Positions 28,806 through 44,489 are shown, numbered from the stretch's first letter. The stretch is 64,000 bases of DNA from Octopus sinensis (GCF_006345805.1 NC_043000.1:93744001-93808000), one strand, 5' to 3'. Translations and numbers: made by a program. The notes: a model not told the origin generated them from the letters alone.

Positions 28806-29018
28806 TATATATATACTTTATTTAAAAGCAGAAATATAACAAAAACTGTTACTCAGAGTTTCACGTTCCTGTTCCTGTCCAACGAACGGGAACGTGAGAC
28901 TCTGAGTAACAGCTTTTGTTATATTTCTGCTGCTTTTAAATAAAGCATATTACTCTACCTCTGGTATTTGGGTACACTTTTTTCCATCTTGTTTCACATT
29001 TATGTGCTTACTCCGGTA
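28605..29018. mobile_element. Palindromic element made of three PLE pLTR copies (- full, - partial, + full) with degenerate hammerheads
   Basis: Terminal inverted repeats taccggagtaaacacataaatgtgaaacaag / cttgtttcacatttatgtgcttactccggta. Inner hairpin at 28815-28945. Hammerhead skeleton ctgt-CCRACRA-acg(ggaa)cgt-GARA-CTCWGAG-TA-acag. Confidence 0.75.
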
Positions 29019-29549
29019 TATATATATATATATATACATACATATATATCAGTCTGTCTATATATCCATCTACTATCTGTCTGTCTAACTATCTATCTGT
29101 CTGTCTATCTATCAGTCTATCTATCTAACTAGCTAGCTATCTACTCCTTTATAATAATCATCATCATCTCAAATTACACATAGACACAGACACAAATCTC
29201 TGTAATGTGTTTTTAAGTATTATATATATTTTTTTTTTCAATACAAAAAATACAAATAAATATAATTTATTCCATTGAAAACAATATTTTAGTCTGAAAT
29301 AACATACACATATATTGCATACTTACATATAATTATATATGTAAATATAGGTGTGTGTGTGTGAGTATTATTGTGTTAAATGGTGAACAGTAATATAGTG
29401 TTTTGCATTTCAAATAGTGTTTTCATTTTTCCATCAACCATTTGTATTGATTATTATTAAAATCTTCAAAGCACATTCAAACATAAAATATTTAACAATA
29501 CTAAATTATGATAATAATAATAATAATAATAATAATATAATAATAATAA

Positions 29550-30580
29550 TAATAATGATCCTTTCTACTAGAAGCATAAGGCCTCAGTTTTGGGGGAGGG
29601 ATTAAGTCGATTACATCCACCCCAGTGCATAACTGGTACTTAATTTATCGACCTCGGTATAATTTGAACTCAGAACGTAGCGACAGGCGAAATACCACTA
29701 AGCATTTTGTCCAGCACGTAAATGATTCTGTCAGCTCACCGACTTAATAATAATAATAATAATAATAATGATGATTTCTCCTATCGGCACAAGGCCTGAA
29801 ATTTTGCGGAAGGGACTAGGCGATTACATCGACCCCAGTACTCAATTCTACTATATGGCTCAGAAACCTGGACGTTATCGAAGAAGCTTGAGAGGCTGTT
29901 GGATGGAACCTACACTCGCCTCCTTATGAGAGCTCAAAATCTCTCGTGGAAGCGTCATCCAACCAAAATGCAAATATATGGGAAACTACCACCTGTGTCA
30001 TCTCTTGTGAAAGGTAGGAGAGTCCAGTTTGCTGGACATTGTTGTAGAGCTGAAAACGAGGCAATTTCTACTCTTCTCCTCTGGAAGCCATCTACTTGCA
30101 ATACCAGAGGGCGCACACTCTCCTACCCTGATGTAATCTCCAGGGTTACAGGCATCCAGCAACAGGACCTCCGTAATGCTATGATGGACCGTGAAGTCTG
30201 GCGTAGCATGGTAAATTCCATTGTCTCGACCACGGTCGAACAATGATGATGATTACTCAACTGGTACTTATTTCTTGACCCCCAAAGGGATAAAAGGCAA
30301 AGTCGACCGCGCCAGAATTTGAACTCAGAACATAAAAGTGAACAAAATGCCGTTAAGTATTTTATTTGGTATACTAACGATCCCGCCTTCTCACCACCTT
30401 GAAAATAATAATAATGATGGTTTCAAATTGTTGCACAAAGCCAGCAATGTCATGGGAATGATAAGTCAGTTACTTAGACACCAGTATTCAGTTGGTTCTT
30501 ACTTTATGAACCCCCGAAAAGACAAAAAGCAAAGTCAAAAATCAACTTCAGCAGCATTTGACCTGAGAATATGAAGCCAG
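29550..30580 (-). mobile_element. Three tandem family B SINEs, the middle one interrupted by the RTE insertion
   Basis: Copies at about 29550-29750, 29770-30400 and 30410-30580. Confidence 0.8.
29846..30253 (+). mobile_element. 5'-truncated RTE-like LINE inserted into a SINE; 7-bp TSD
   Basis: Open frame 29848-30246 (LLYGSETWTLSKKLERLLDGTYTRLLMRAQNLSWKRHP...FAGHC...DREVWR...*), (TGA)n tail, and TSD tactcaa at 29839-29845 and 30254-30260, with the host SINE resuming exactly. Confidence 0.9.
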
Positions 30581-30629
30581 AAAAAATAGATAGATAGATA
30601 GATACATACATACATACATAGACAGATAG

Positions 30630-30860
30630 AGCAGTAGTATATTTATATGCAGTTAAGTCAATGTCCGGTCATAGAGTGACCAATGGTTTCACATCCACAA
30701 AGGGCTTAGCTCCATGGATGACTCGTCAGACCCTAAAGCCAAAAACAAATGTAAACTCTTCACTTCTAAGAGGCAGGAATCCATTACGGTCATTTGAATG
30801 CAAAACCACTGGTCACTCTTTGACCTGATATAGACTTAACTACGTATATGTTTATAAATG
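30630..30860. mobile_element. Head-to-head inverted PLE pLTR pair (intact hammerhead on the left arm)
   Basis: The right arm aaaaccactggtcactctttgacctgatatagacttaact matches the reverse complement of the left arm, gaaaccattggtcactctatgaccggacattgacttaact. Confidence 0.7.
30672..30735 (-). ncRNA. Minimal type I hammerhead ribozyme (PLE type), core intact
   Basis: Reverse complement: tagggt-CTGACGA-gt-catccatggag(ctaagcc)ctttgtggatg-t-GAAA-CCATTGG-TC-actcta. Stem I is 6 bp with one G.U pair, stem II is 11 bp with wobbles, triplet GUC. Confidence 0.8.
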
Positions 30861-31167
30861 TTTTTCAGGTTTGATATATGTAAAGAAGACTTATTTAATG
30901 AGCTACAAAATTTAAATGAATAGAAAAGAGGAAAACATACAATTAAAAGTAGGATGGGGTTTCGTGTGTTTAGTCATGGATGCTCATGTTGTTACACAGA
31001 TGCTCGCAAATGTATGGAAATGCCACAGTATACAGGCGTAGGTGGGCACATGAATATGGTGTCATATAAATGTAAGTTTGCAGATGTGTGTGTATATATA
31101 TATATATATATATAATATATATATATATACACACACACACATATATATGTAAATGTATGTGTGTGTA

Positions 31168-31199
<32 letters not shown>

Positions 31200-31283
31200 C
31201 ATATACATATATATATATATAGTGTCACCGTGTGTTTCTATGTGTTTACTTGCATAGCCCACCCTATATTTCTATGGTTGTAA

Positions 31284-31329
<46 letters not shown>

Positions 31330-32189
31330 AGGAAGTGTCTATGTGTATCCTGTTCTGATTGCATGTGTATGATTCCGTGATGTCTCTTCCCTTTTTTTCT
31401 TACGTAATTGTATGAGCTTGTACATGTGCATATATTATATACATACATACATACACACACAAGTGTATGTGTATGTATGTTTATGTAAGCATATGTGCAT
31501 ATGTATGCTGAAATACATTGAGTAGTTATTGACTACAGATGTGCATGTGTCTTGCCTACAAATATATTTGTGAGTATATGTGAGTGCATGTATGTGTGTG
31601 TGTATATATAGATATATATATATATGTCTGTATGGTGGTGGTGGGGAGTTTAAGTGTGGGTGTGTGCACGTGTGTGTGGGTGTCGGAACGTTACCTTGAT
31701 TACCTGATTCCTTTTCTCACCTGAGTGTGTTTGATGCTTGCCTGAAGCTGCACTAATTATGGTATATTTACTTTACCTCTTTTCACACTCCAAAGCACCA
31801 TATTCCCTTCTTTTACTGACTGCAAGAACTGTGAAAGACAAACTAAGCAATGTCTATTTCCTTCCCCTGCCTTTATAATATACATACATACATATATATA
31901 CATACATAGTACATACACACATACATACATACATCATACATACATACATACATACTTACATACATACGTATATATATATAATTTAGAGGAAAAACCTCTA
32001 TTAAACAATTCAATAATGAATTGTTTAACAGAGGCTTTCTCTAAATTATATACATATATTATATATTGTGAAATTTGATTTAGAATTGCCAAATTGAATT
32101 TTCTCTGTAAGTTTGGAATTATATTCCCTATTATTATTATCATTATTATCATCATCATCATCCTAAACATGCATGCTTGTTTTCAAACT

Positions 32190-32720
32190 TTTAGTTAACC
32201 CTTGTTTCATATTACGTTCTGAGTAATATAGAGCTTCCCTTTTCAAAAGTCTCAAGTTATTCTATGGCTGAAGAGAAAAGAAAATGGGAATGTCTATCAT
32301 ATATGATGAGTGGTCAGCTGGGAAATGTTCTTTGTATTACATGTGATACACAAGGCACGCAAAAGATTAATCACACATCTATGCTCTACAAGTCTTTATT
32401 TGAGTTAAATGTAGGCCAGTTTCAGGTTAATGCTATTTAGATAACATACAGATCAAGCATACCCTTGATAAAAAGGTAAAAAAAAAAAAAAAACAAACAG
32501 GTTTACTCTAAATTCTGGTTTTCAGACATTTTGTTAGACCTTGTTTCCTATATTCTGAGTAATATAACGTTTTCCTTTCATAAGCCCTAAGTTATTCAAT
32601 GGTTGTGGGTGGGGAGGATATAAATAAATAAAACCTGGGAATGTTTATCATATGTGAAGTAAAGATTCCAAGGAAATCTTTTCTGTACATCAGTTGTGGT
32701 ACACAAGCAGGCAAAGGGTC
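32190..32720. repeat. Diverged direct duplication (about 32190-32370 and 32530-32720)
   Basis: Shared ccttgtttc...ttctgagtaatata, aagttatt, tgggaatgt.tatcatat and tacacaag. Confidence 0.6.
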
Positions 32721-33106
32721 AAAAGTAAAAACAAATCACCTAGCTGTTGGAATTATCCGTCAGATGGCTGTTGGCCAATTAGTTTTGTGGTTATTCCCAG
32801 CCAGTTAGCTCAGAATGAAATATATTTAATTCTCACAAATTTTCTGTAATTCCTTGCAAACATGTGTTTAGTAGGAAGTAACAGTTTGTCTCTTGAAACA
32901 GTGGGACAACTGTTTGAATGATGAGTGTACACAAGACTTTACTCATAAATTTTTCTTTTACTAAATTCAGCCGATCCCATAACATAGATGCACATTCGTT
33001 TGTGTGTGTGTGTGTATGCATGTGTACATATAAACACACATATACACACGGTAATAAAGATACAGACACAAATAGGTAGATAGATTGACAGAGAGAGAGA
33101 GAGACA

Positions 33107-33140
<34 letters not shown>

Positions 33141-33429
33141 AACACACCCATACGCTCAGTAACACAAGCGGCAGTTGCATTAGTCCAAGGCTTGCCACCG
33201 GTATGTGTGTCTTTTTCTGAAGTGGGAGAACGAGCGGCGTGTTTATATATATGTGAGTGTGTGTACCTGTCCGTATTTCACAGACATGACGAGCCAACAC
33301 GGGACACCTCTCTAACATGGTCGAGCGACCTAATAAAACTGTTTCGATTCAATTCTATTATCATTCAAATGTTTACGTTAATTATTGAAATATTTAGAAT
33401 TTGTTGAACTTCTTTCGATGGTGGTGGTA

Positions 33430-33820
33430 GTGGTGATTCAAATTGTGGCTCAAGGCCAACAAGTTTAGAAAGAAGGATGTAACACTCAAACTCGTGTTTA
33501 CAATCGTCGACCCCGAAAGGACGAAAGGCAAAGACAACATCGGTGGGTATTTGAACTGAGAATGTAAAATAATAATAATAATAATAATCTCATTTAGGAA
33601 CCTTTTGAGCACGATGGGATACTCAACCCGAAGAAAATTCTAACGGGACCCCACCTGCAAGGTCATGCGCTGTTTATCTTGGTATTAGACCAGCATATCG
33701 CGTACATACGGTTGTGATGCATGTGCTTGGTGTACCCTTATCAGATATGATGGGTATATCGGGTTTCGTATATTTTGTGACCCAGTGTCACTTTGATGTC
33801 ATGCGTTGCTCTTTCACTCA

Positions 33821-33855
<35 letters not shown>

Positions 33856-34460
33856 TAATTCTTTTTATTGGCCACAAGGGCTGACAAACATGATTAGAAA
33901 ACATAAAGGGACAAAACAAGACGAAAGGTTACAAAGGGTTTTGTCCGTTTGTGAAAAAATCGTGTAAAAACAGTGTAACAATCAAATAATATAACAACGA
34001 AAATCTCCCAATAGGGGGAGGCGTTACGAAAGGTTACCCATAAAAGTAATAATAATAATAATTTCAAATTTTGCCATAAGGACAGCAATTTCGGGTGAAG
34101 GGATGAGTCGATTACATCAATCCCAGTGTTCAACTGGTACGAAATTTGAACTCAGAACGTAGCGACGGCCGAAATACTGCTTAGCATTTCGTCCAGTGTG
34201 CTAACGATTCTGCCAGCTCACCACCTTAATAATAATATTAATAATAATAATAATAATTTCTACTAAACGCACAAGGCCTGAAATTTTGGAGGAGGGGACT
34301 AGTCGATTACATCAACTGGTACTTTATTTATCGACCCCGAAAGGATGAAAGCTGAAGTTGACTGTGGCAGAATTTGAACTCAGAGCGTAAAGACGGACTA
34401 AATGCTGCTAAGCATTTTTTGTCCGGGCATGCGCTTACGATTTCTACCAGACTTACTCCT
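33430..34460 (-). mobile_element. Family B SINE cluster, plus another (AAT)n-tailed repeat at about 33600-33830
   Basis: Copies at about 33430-33570, 34060-34230 and 34250-34460; a further copy lies at 35770-35990. Confidence 0.75.
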
Positions 34461-35245
34461 AGTTGGTAATTTAGGTTCTGTGGTTATTCCTAGGAAAATA
34501 AGGGGTCCCAGCCAAATACATAGCTACTCATCTCGTCTGTAGACACTTTATGCACGAAATCACTTACCGCACACACACATAGATTATAGATACACATTAC
34601 ACACATATATATATTATACACGCACAGAAACACATACGCATATATGATAGATACGCACACGCACACACATTTTAATACGATAACAATGTAGTTGATGCGC
34701 ATCTCAGTGTAAGGGAGGTAACTCTAATGGAAAAGGCTTCTCGGTGTATGATATTCGATCGCGATTTTTATTATTATTATTAATTTTTTTTTTTTTTTCA
34801 ATAAAAAGCGGGTTTTTCCATTTTGCATCCCGTATTATCCCCACCACCACCACCACCACCGCCGCCGCCACTACCAGCCAGCACGATTTCACTATATCAT
34901 TTTTTTTACCTTTTTTTTTGTTGAGTTTGAAAATATCTCCGCCGCCTTCTCCTCCTCCTCCTCCTCCCTCTCCTCACTATCACTTTTCGACACCGCCGCC
35001 GCCGCCACCACCACCATCAAGGCATATAACACTATCTATTTATCTTTTAAATGTTTTTGTTTTGTTTTGCATTTATTTATTAATATTTTTTTTTTTGCCT
35101 TCTACGTATTCAGTCGTGTCGTGTAATGTGTTGTTGAGTCGAGTGTTAGTGTACAAGTGTGGCATCGTGTCATCGAGCTGACGGATATTACCTGCGCCAA
35201 TCAGTTTAGTTAGTAAGTTTGTGGCTTGCCCCCACCCAATGACTA
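34440..35245. promoter_or_regulatory. CpG-enriched, promoter-like island
   Basis: Visibly high CpG density against the background, with (CCG)n/(CCA)n tracts, CCAAT boxes at 35197 and 35235, and splice donors on both strands. Confidence 0.35.
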
Positions 35246-35780
35246 TCATCACCATTGCCGCCACCGCCGTTATCATCATAAACACTACCACTTCCCCACC
35301 GTCACCACCACTATTAGTACTATCACTTTTACTGCTGTTGCTATCACCATTTCTTGCAACTACCACCGTCTTTCTCATTTTCGTCATCATCACGATCATT
35401 ATCATTGCTATCATCGCTGCTGCTACTACTACTACTACTAATAATAATAATAATAACAATGATAATAATAATAGCAATAATGATAATAATAATAATTGCA
35501 ATATTAATAATGATAATAATAATAATACTAGCAATATTGATAATAATAATAATAATAATTATAGCAATATTAATAATAATAATAATAGCAATAATAATAA
35601 TAATAATAGCAATATTAATAATGATAATAATAATAGCAATATTAATAATGATAATAATAATAGCAATATTAATAATGATAATAATAATAATAGCAATATT
35701 AATAATGATAATAATAATAATAGCAATATTAATAATGATAATAATAATAATAGCAATATTAATAATAATAATAATAATTA
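35230..35780. repeat. Trinucleotide field ending in (AAT)n with a higher-order 24-27-bp unit
   Basis: agcaatattaataatgat(aat)n is repeated about 6 times and abuts a family B SINE tail. Confidence 0.9.
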
Positions 35781-36369
35781 TAGTTACAAATTTTGCCACA
35801 AGGGCAGCAGTTTTTTTGGGGAGGGGATGAGTGAATTATATCGAACCCCAGTGCTCAACTGGTACTTATTTTATTGACCCCTGAAAGGCTGAAAGGTAAA
35901 GTCGACCTTGATGGAAATTGAACTCAGAATGCAGTTTGCAGGCGAAATACTGTTAAGCATTTCGCCCAGTATACTAACATGTCTACACCTACTGCAACTG
36001 CTAAAAACTATCATCATCACTAACAACATCATCATCATCATTAATGACCCCCCACCACTATCACAATTATTAACATCATCATCATCATCACCATCTAGTT
36101 ACTACCACCACCATCACAAAAACCACATCAACATTAGGATACCCAGTAACTATTTCTTTTTCTCTGGGGGTGAATTCTTAATAAAAAAAGGAAAGCTATG
36201 TTCCAATCTTCATCTGTGTAAGAATGTCTGCATAAGAAAATGGTTAGACACTGGCATGATCCCCATTCTACCACACTTACATTCCCCATATCTTGACATA
36301 TTTATTCTCCTCTCCACCCCATTAATTTTGCTCTCTTATTTTTCTTGCCATCTTCCCAACCCGTTCCAT

Positions 36370-38510
<2,141 letters not shown>

Positions 38511-39565
38511 CATCTCTGTGTGTGTATAGAGAGTAAACAAATTTGCATCATATATATGTAAAGATGAGTGTATATGTGTGTATATGTATATATGTCTACA
38601 TCTGTCTATCCATCTTTCTAACGATATACACATCTGTATATATATATATACACCACACACCACCAAAAGTAATTCATATATATATATATATATATATACA
38701 CGCACGCATGCACACATATATATGTACACACACATATATATGCCTGTGTTTCTGTAAGTATTATTAGACAGATAACCTGCTGACAGCCTTTTGCTCTGCA
38801 TCTGTCTGTTGAAGCCTGCAGAGCAAGCATATTTGTTTTATTTAGTTCTGTTCTTTTTTCTTCTTCTTCTCTGATTCACAATCTATTTATTTATTTATTT
38901 ATTTATATATTTATTACTATTACACATCTTAAAGTGTCACTTGCAAAGTAAACCTTTGGGTTTTGTCATTGTTTTTTTTTCTTTTTGTGGTCGGATTTAG
39001 GAGTAATGCTGTTTGGTTTATTTTTTTGCTTTGGAATTCATATCTATGTGTCTGTCTGTCTATCTATCTATCTGTCTATCTCTGCGTGTGTATATATGTA
39101 TATCTATATGTATATATACGTATATATGTATATATGTGCATATATATATATGTATATTTTTATATATATTTATATATGTTTATATATACATATATATATG
39201 TGTGTGTGTGTATATTTATATATACTTATATATATTTATATATACTTGTATATATATATATATATATATGAATATATTTTTATTATATATGTGTATATAT
39301 ATTTATAAGCATATAGATATGTATATATATATTATTTATATGTATATATATATGTATATACACATTTAAATACATGTATGTATATATATGTATATATATT
39401 CATATACATGTATATATAATATGTATATATATTTATATACATGTAAGTGTATATATTATATAATGTAAATATATTTATATGTATGTATATATATGTACGT
39501 AAATATATTTATATGTATGTATATATATGTACGTATATATATATATATATTTATATACATGTACG

Positions 39566-39604
<39 letters not shown>

Positions 39605-39706
39605 ATATATATTTATATATATATGTATATATCATGTACGTATATATATATATATATATTTATATACATGTATGTCTATATTTATATATATATTATATAC
39701 ATGTCG

Positions 39707-39737
<31 letters not shown>

Positions 39738-39833
39738 TCATATATAAATATATATATATTTATATATGTGTGTGTGTGTGTATATATATAATTATAATAA
39801 AATATATATATATTTATATAGTGTGTGTGTGTG

Positions 39834-39866
<33 letters not shown>

Positions 39867-41427
39867 ATATATATTATATATATATCAATGAGTGTGTGGT
39901 ATGTTTCTTAGTAGGTTTTTCTATAAACCAGATCTTTTTATTTTTTCTGTTCAATTCACAACTTGAGTAATTTCACATGTATTAACTAAAGCTTTTCAGG
40001 AAAAAAAAACCCAAAAAAAAACAGACCACCAGCATATTTGAAATAATGATAGAAATCATATTTTGCATAAGCATTTGTGTAATTCACACTCCTGGCTAAA
40101 GCCTTGACCCCTGCCCTATACAATTTTCACTATCCTTTAGAATTAATGGTAACTCACTAAAAAAATATATATATCTTCGCAACTTGTTCCAAGTGCATGG
40201 ATCAAATTATTTACCCTCATTTCTATTTATCTTCCCGTTACACTTAATCTTCATAATCATTTTCTCAGCCATTATCTCTAATCATCTCTCACTCTCCCAT
40301 ACACTCTTGTAAGCTTTATCCACCCTTAATTCTTGTCCTGCTGTCCCCACTCATCTTTAGTCACCTCATATCCTGAGGATCCACTCTGATGTCTCATCAT
40401 CACAATTTTCGCCTGTTTCCAGTGCCATCCCACCCACTCCTATTCCATGCTGTAAGTGGAGGCGTGTGGCTTAGTGGTTGTGGTGTTGGACTCATGAGCA
40501 TAAGCTTGTGATTTTAATTCCTGGACTGGCTGACACATTGTGTTCTTGAGCTAAAACACTTCCTTTCACATTGCTCCTGTCCACTCAGCTGGCAAAAATG
40601 AGTAATCCTGTGATAGACTGGCTTCCCATCCAGGTGGGTAATATATACAGCATGAAACCAGAAAACTGGCCTTTATGAGTCACTATGACTCTAGAAGGTA
40701 ACCTTGTTGTGGAAGCACATGGCTTAATGGTTAAAGTGTTAGACTTGTGATCATAAAATTGTAGTTTCAATTCTTGATCCATGCTATAAGAAACTTTTTT
40801 TTTTGATCCATGCTATAAGTAACTTTTTCTATTCTTATCCCTTCCCTGACACTTTAATCCTCTCACCTTCTAGCATAATGCCACCTTCCCTCATACTCTA
40901 ACCTCACTCTGTCTTGCAGGCTGCATGACAATCTCACTAGTGCCGGTGCTATAAAAAAAAAGGTACCTTGTATGTGCACCCTGTAAAGTGGTTGACATTT
41001 GAAGGGGCATCCATCCACAGAGACCATGCCAAAAACAGACATTGGTGCACAATGCAGTCTTTAGATCCACTGGACTCTGTCAAGCAGTCCAACCCATGCC
41101 AGCATGGAACATGCGCATTTAATGATGGTGAAGAGGTGGAAGAGGATGCCAATTTCCCCCCAAGTGCATTTAAATAAATATGAACAAATAGATATAATGA
41201 ATTAAAAATGCACTCATCATCATCACCACCATCATAATTTAACATCCACGTTCTATGCTGGCATGCATCGGACTGCTGGCCCGCATGTCAGAATCAATTC
41301 AAAAACCCATAAATGTTCTTTAAATTTCTGTTTGTATTTGTTAGTTTATTTATTAAATAATTATTTTTTTTATTTATTTATTTATATATATATATATTTA
41401 TTTGTTTGTTTGTTTGTCTATTCTTAG

Positions 41428-41568
41428 GCTTTGAACAAAAAGGAACATAAGGGCTGTGAGAGTCCAGAACCAGACCATGAACAATACATGCTGGGACCGC
41501 GCTCAGAGGAGAAATATGGCCGCATCAACGAGGAATACGCAAGAGTCATGCAACAGAACTCCATACGG
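41428..41568 (+). CDS. MEF2: MEF2 exon immediately after the MADS/MEF2 domain (alpha-exon/HJURP_C-like region): ALNKKEHKGCESPEPDHEQYMLGPRSEEKYGRINEEYARVMQQNSIR
   Basis: Acceptor ttcttag, donor CGG|gtaagt; 141 nt, phase 0-0. The peptide closely resembles the vertebrate MEF2A alpha exon as I recall it (ALNKKEHRGCDSPDPD...EEKYKKINEEF). Confidence 0.95.
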
Positions 41569-42852
41569 GTAAGTCAACAAAGCTCCTACTCTAGTGATAT
41601 TCCTTTGTACTTCCAATCCAGATCCGGCCATCAACAGGCAACCGATACATGTCACCCAAGCTAGTTAGGTTCAGTCTTTTACATTGAATGTTCAAGGCTG
41701 AGGTGTAGCTTTGGTGTGGAAGCTTGCATGGTGCTATGCTTTACTGCAGTCACAGAGTTTAAATCCTGTAGCTGACGTTATAATATTCCAGCATTGTCCT
41801 GCCATATTGCTTCTGTCATGTATACATAGGATGGATTCTCTTATCATTCACAACAAATGAGGGTTCAGTAAAATAATGTTCTATGGACATGCATGTGTCT
41901 CTTGAAGCTTGTTGGTGCCTTGCAAACCTTTTTTTGGCAAATTGAACAGGTTAAGGAATCAGTTTGCTCGAGTGCTTGTGGATCATTTACTATGTGTTTG
42001 CTTGAGTAGATGGCAAGGCCTGCTTTACTCTGCCGCAAAGCCACAACGAAAGTAAAAGTAAAGTAAAGCTACCTTTACGAGTCGTAACGTGAGATTGCAG
42101 CTGTAGCCTACATCAGTGTCGCATAACCAGCCCACTTAAAAAAGTACCTTTGGATTGTCGGGCAACATGTCGTGCTTGAGGAGATCTCTTGAGTCATGTA
42201 TACCAAAATCAAAGTCAAATGAAAATTGTAGTTGTGGCTGATGCCAGTACTGCCTGACCCCGACCGGCTTTTGTGCCGATGGAACATAAAAAGCACTAGC
42301 TGAACATAACCAATGCCAGTGCCGCCTAACTGGCTCCCATCCCGGTGGCATGTAAAAAGCACCCACTACACTCTCAGAGTGGTTGGCGTTAAGAAGGGCA
42401 TCCAGCTGTAGAAACATTGCCAGATCAGATTGGAGCCTGGTGCAGCCTCCTGGCTTGCCAGTCCCCAGTCAAACCATCCAACCCATGCCAGCATGGAAAA
42501 CGGAGGTTAAACGATTATGATGATGATGTGAAACATGGAGTAGATAAAACGGGACAACTGATGAAGGGAATGTTCTTTATGTTGCCTGTCTTGTTTATCT
42601 ATTTGTTTCTTTCATTGTTCAAAAAAAAGTTTGTTTCCTATATTTTTGTTTTTTATATTCTCGTTTCTCATTTTGTTCACATGTTTTTGATGTCCTGTAC
42701 CCATATATGCATATATATATATACATATATATGTAGGTATGTACATATATGTATGTATAGATGCATATAGTTATTATTTATATGATATATATAATATATA
42801 TATATATATACATATACCTACATATAATATATATGCATATACAAATATATAT

Positions 42853-42907
<55 letters not shown>

Positions 42908-43835
42908 ACATATATATATACACACACACACTACACACGTGTGTGGTGGTAGATTTCCTGTCGTAGATGACAGATGATGAATTTCCAAATTTTTGCTGTA
43001 CAACCTGACCTGCCCACCTGCCCAGATGATTTGTTTATAGGGATCAAATGTTTGTGCAGGACATCAGCTCACACCATCAAATCAACGTTGCCTGGTCAGG
43101 TGTACAGTGAGCCAAACATCGGATGTTGAAGTCATTGCAGAACGACATCAAATGTGCATGTTTATATATATATGTATAGGCATGTATGTATGTGTGTATC
43201 TGTATGTGTGTGTTGCCCTTAATAGAAGACAACTCTGACCAGTATTAATACTGTTTGAAACATGATACAAAATCACATCCTCATTTAACAGGGTGAGGAG
43301 TTGCAGCACATGATATTCCCATTACTAACTTTATTTTGGGTTACTTGTAGAATTCTTTTTAAAAAAATATATTCCCTATAATTCCCACCCACCCTCACTT
43401 CGCTAGATACCCCATTCTTGATGTTAAACTAGTAAGATATCATATCTTTGTCGGCTGATATTCCTTCTTATCTATCGTGCACATATACATACACATACAC
43501 ACAACAAACTATGTATATATATATAGATATATAATTTATATATATATGCATGTATGTATACATATATAAGTGTATGCTTTTATTCGCTCTTACAAACATA
43601 TATGTACATATATATACATATGCATACATACATAAATTAATGCATATACTGTACTCAGTCAAATATATGCACTCCTGCATATCTGCATAGATATAGGCAA
43701 CCATACATATACTCAAACTGAGACAATAAGTTATGAAGACAAAATCCCCAACACTGGCTGTGAAGCAATGGTGGGGGTCATGAACAAGGAGACACACCAA
43801 CATAAAATATACATGCATATATATATATATTGTTT

Positions 43836-44118
43836 GTTCCTTCTCGAGGCATGCTTGGCTCATTAGGGCTGGTTTCCCAGTTTCCTTGGCGTATAGTTTC
43901 CCCACCTGGATGGGATGCCGGTCCATTGAAGGTGAGCTGCAAGATGCAGGAGGAAAGAGTGAGAGAAAGTTGTGGTGAAAGAGTCAGCAGAACTTCGTTA
44001 TCTTCTGCCATGTAGAGCTTAGGTGTTTTGCAAATAAACATAAATCGCCTGGTCTGAGACTCAAACCCGTGATCCCTCGACCGCGAGTCCGCTGCTCTAC
44101 CCACTAGGCCATGTGCCT
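43836..44118 (-). mobile_element. Family D SINE
   Basis: Collinear with 7188-7480. Confidence 0.8.
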
Positions 44119-44367
44119 CCATGCATATATATATATATGTGAGTCCATATGAGTCCAAATACTTGAATGTATGCTGAGAGATTGTCTTAGCCCCTTTGCC
44201 TTCAGACGGTTAATTTCTGTAGTTATTATCAGTGTATTTTGGCAATTTAAATAAGAGTTTTGACTGTTATTTCCAGCAGGTAGACATACTTAGTATGTCC
44301 TTTGATTAATTTTAATCCTTCAGCTACACACACGCATACATATATATGTGTGTGTTGTGTGTATATA

Positions 44368-44400
<33 letters not shown>

Positions 44401-44489
44401 ATTGTTAAACAGGACAGCAAACATTAAGACGTGCCTAATTGTTTAGATCACTTTTGAATTAACCCCCCATACTTAGTGTGTGTGTATGT

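Noticed and set aside
33270-33340. HDEPTRDTSLTWSSDLIK, loosely like the end of the MEF2 domain (YNEPHESRTNSDIVE)
   Set aside because: Spacing is wrong and there is no upstream MADS sequence.
35221-35877. 218-aa Thr/Asn-rich ORF, and the 53222-53632 Thr/Ala-rich ORF
   Set aside because: Trinucleotide arrays; the first runs into a SINE tail. No splice or homology support.
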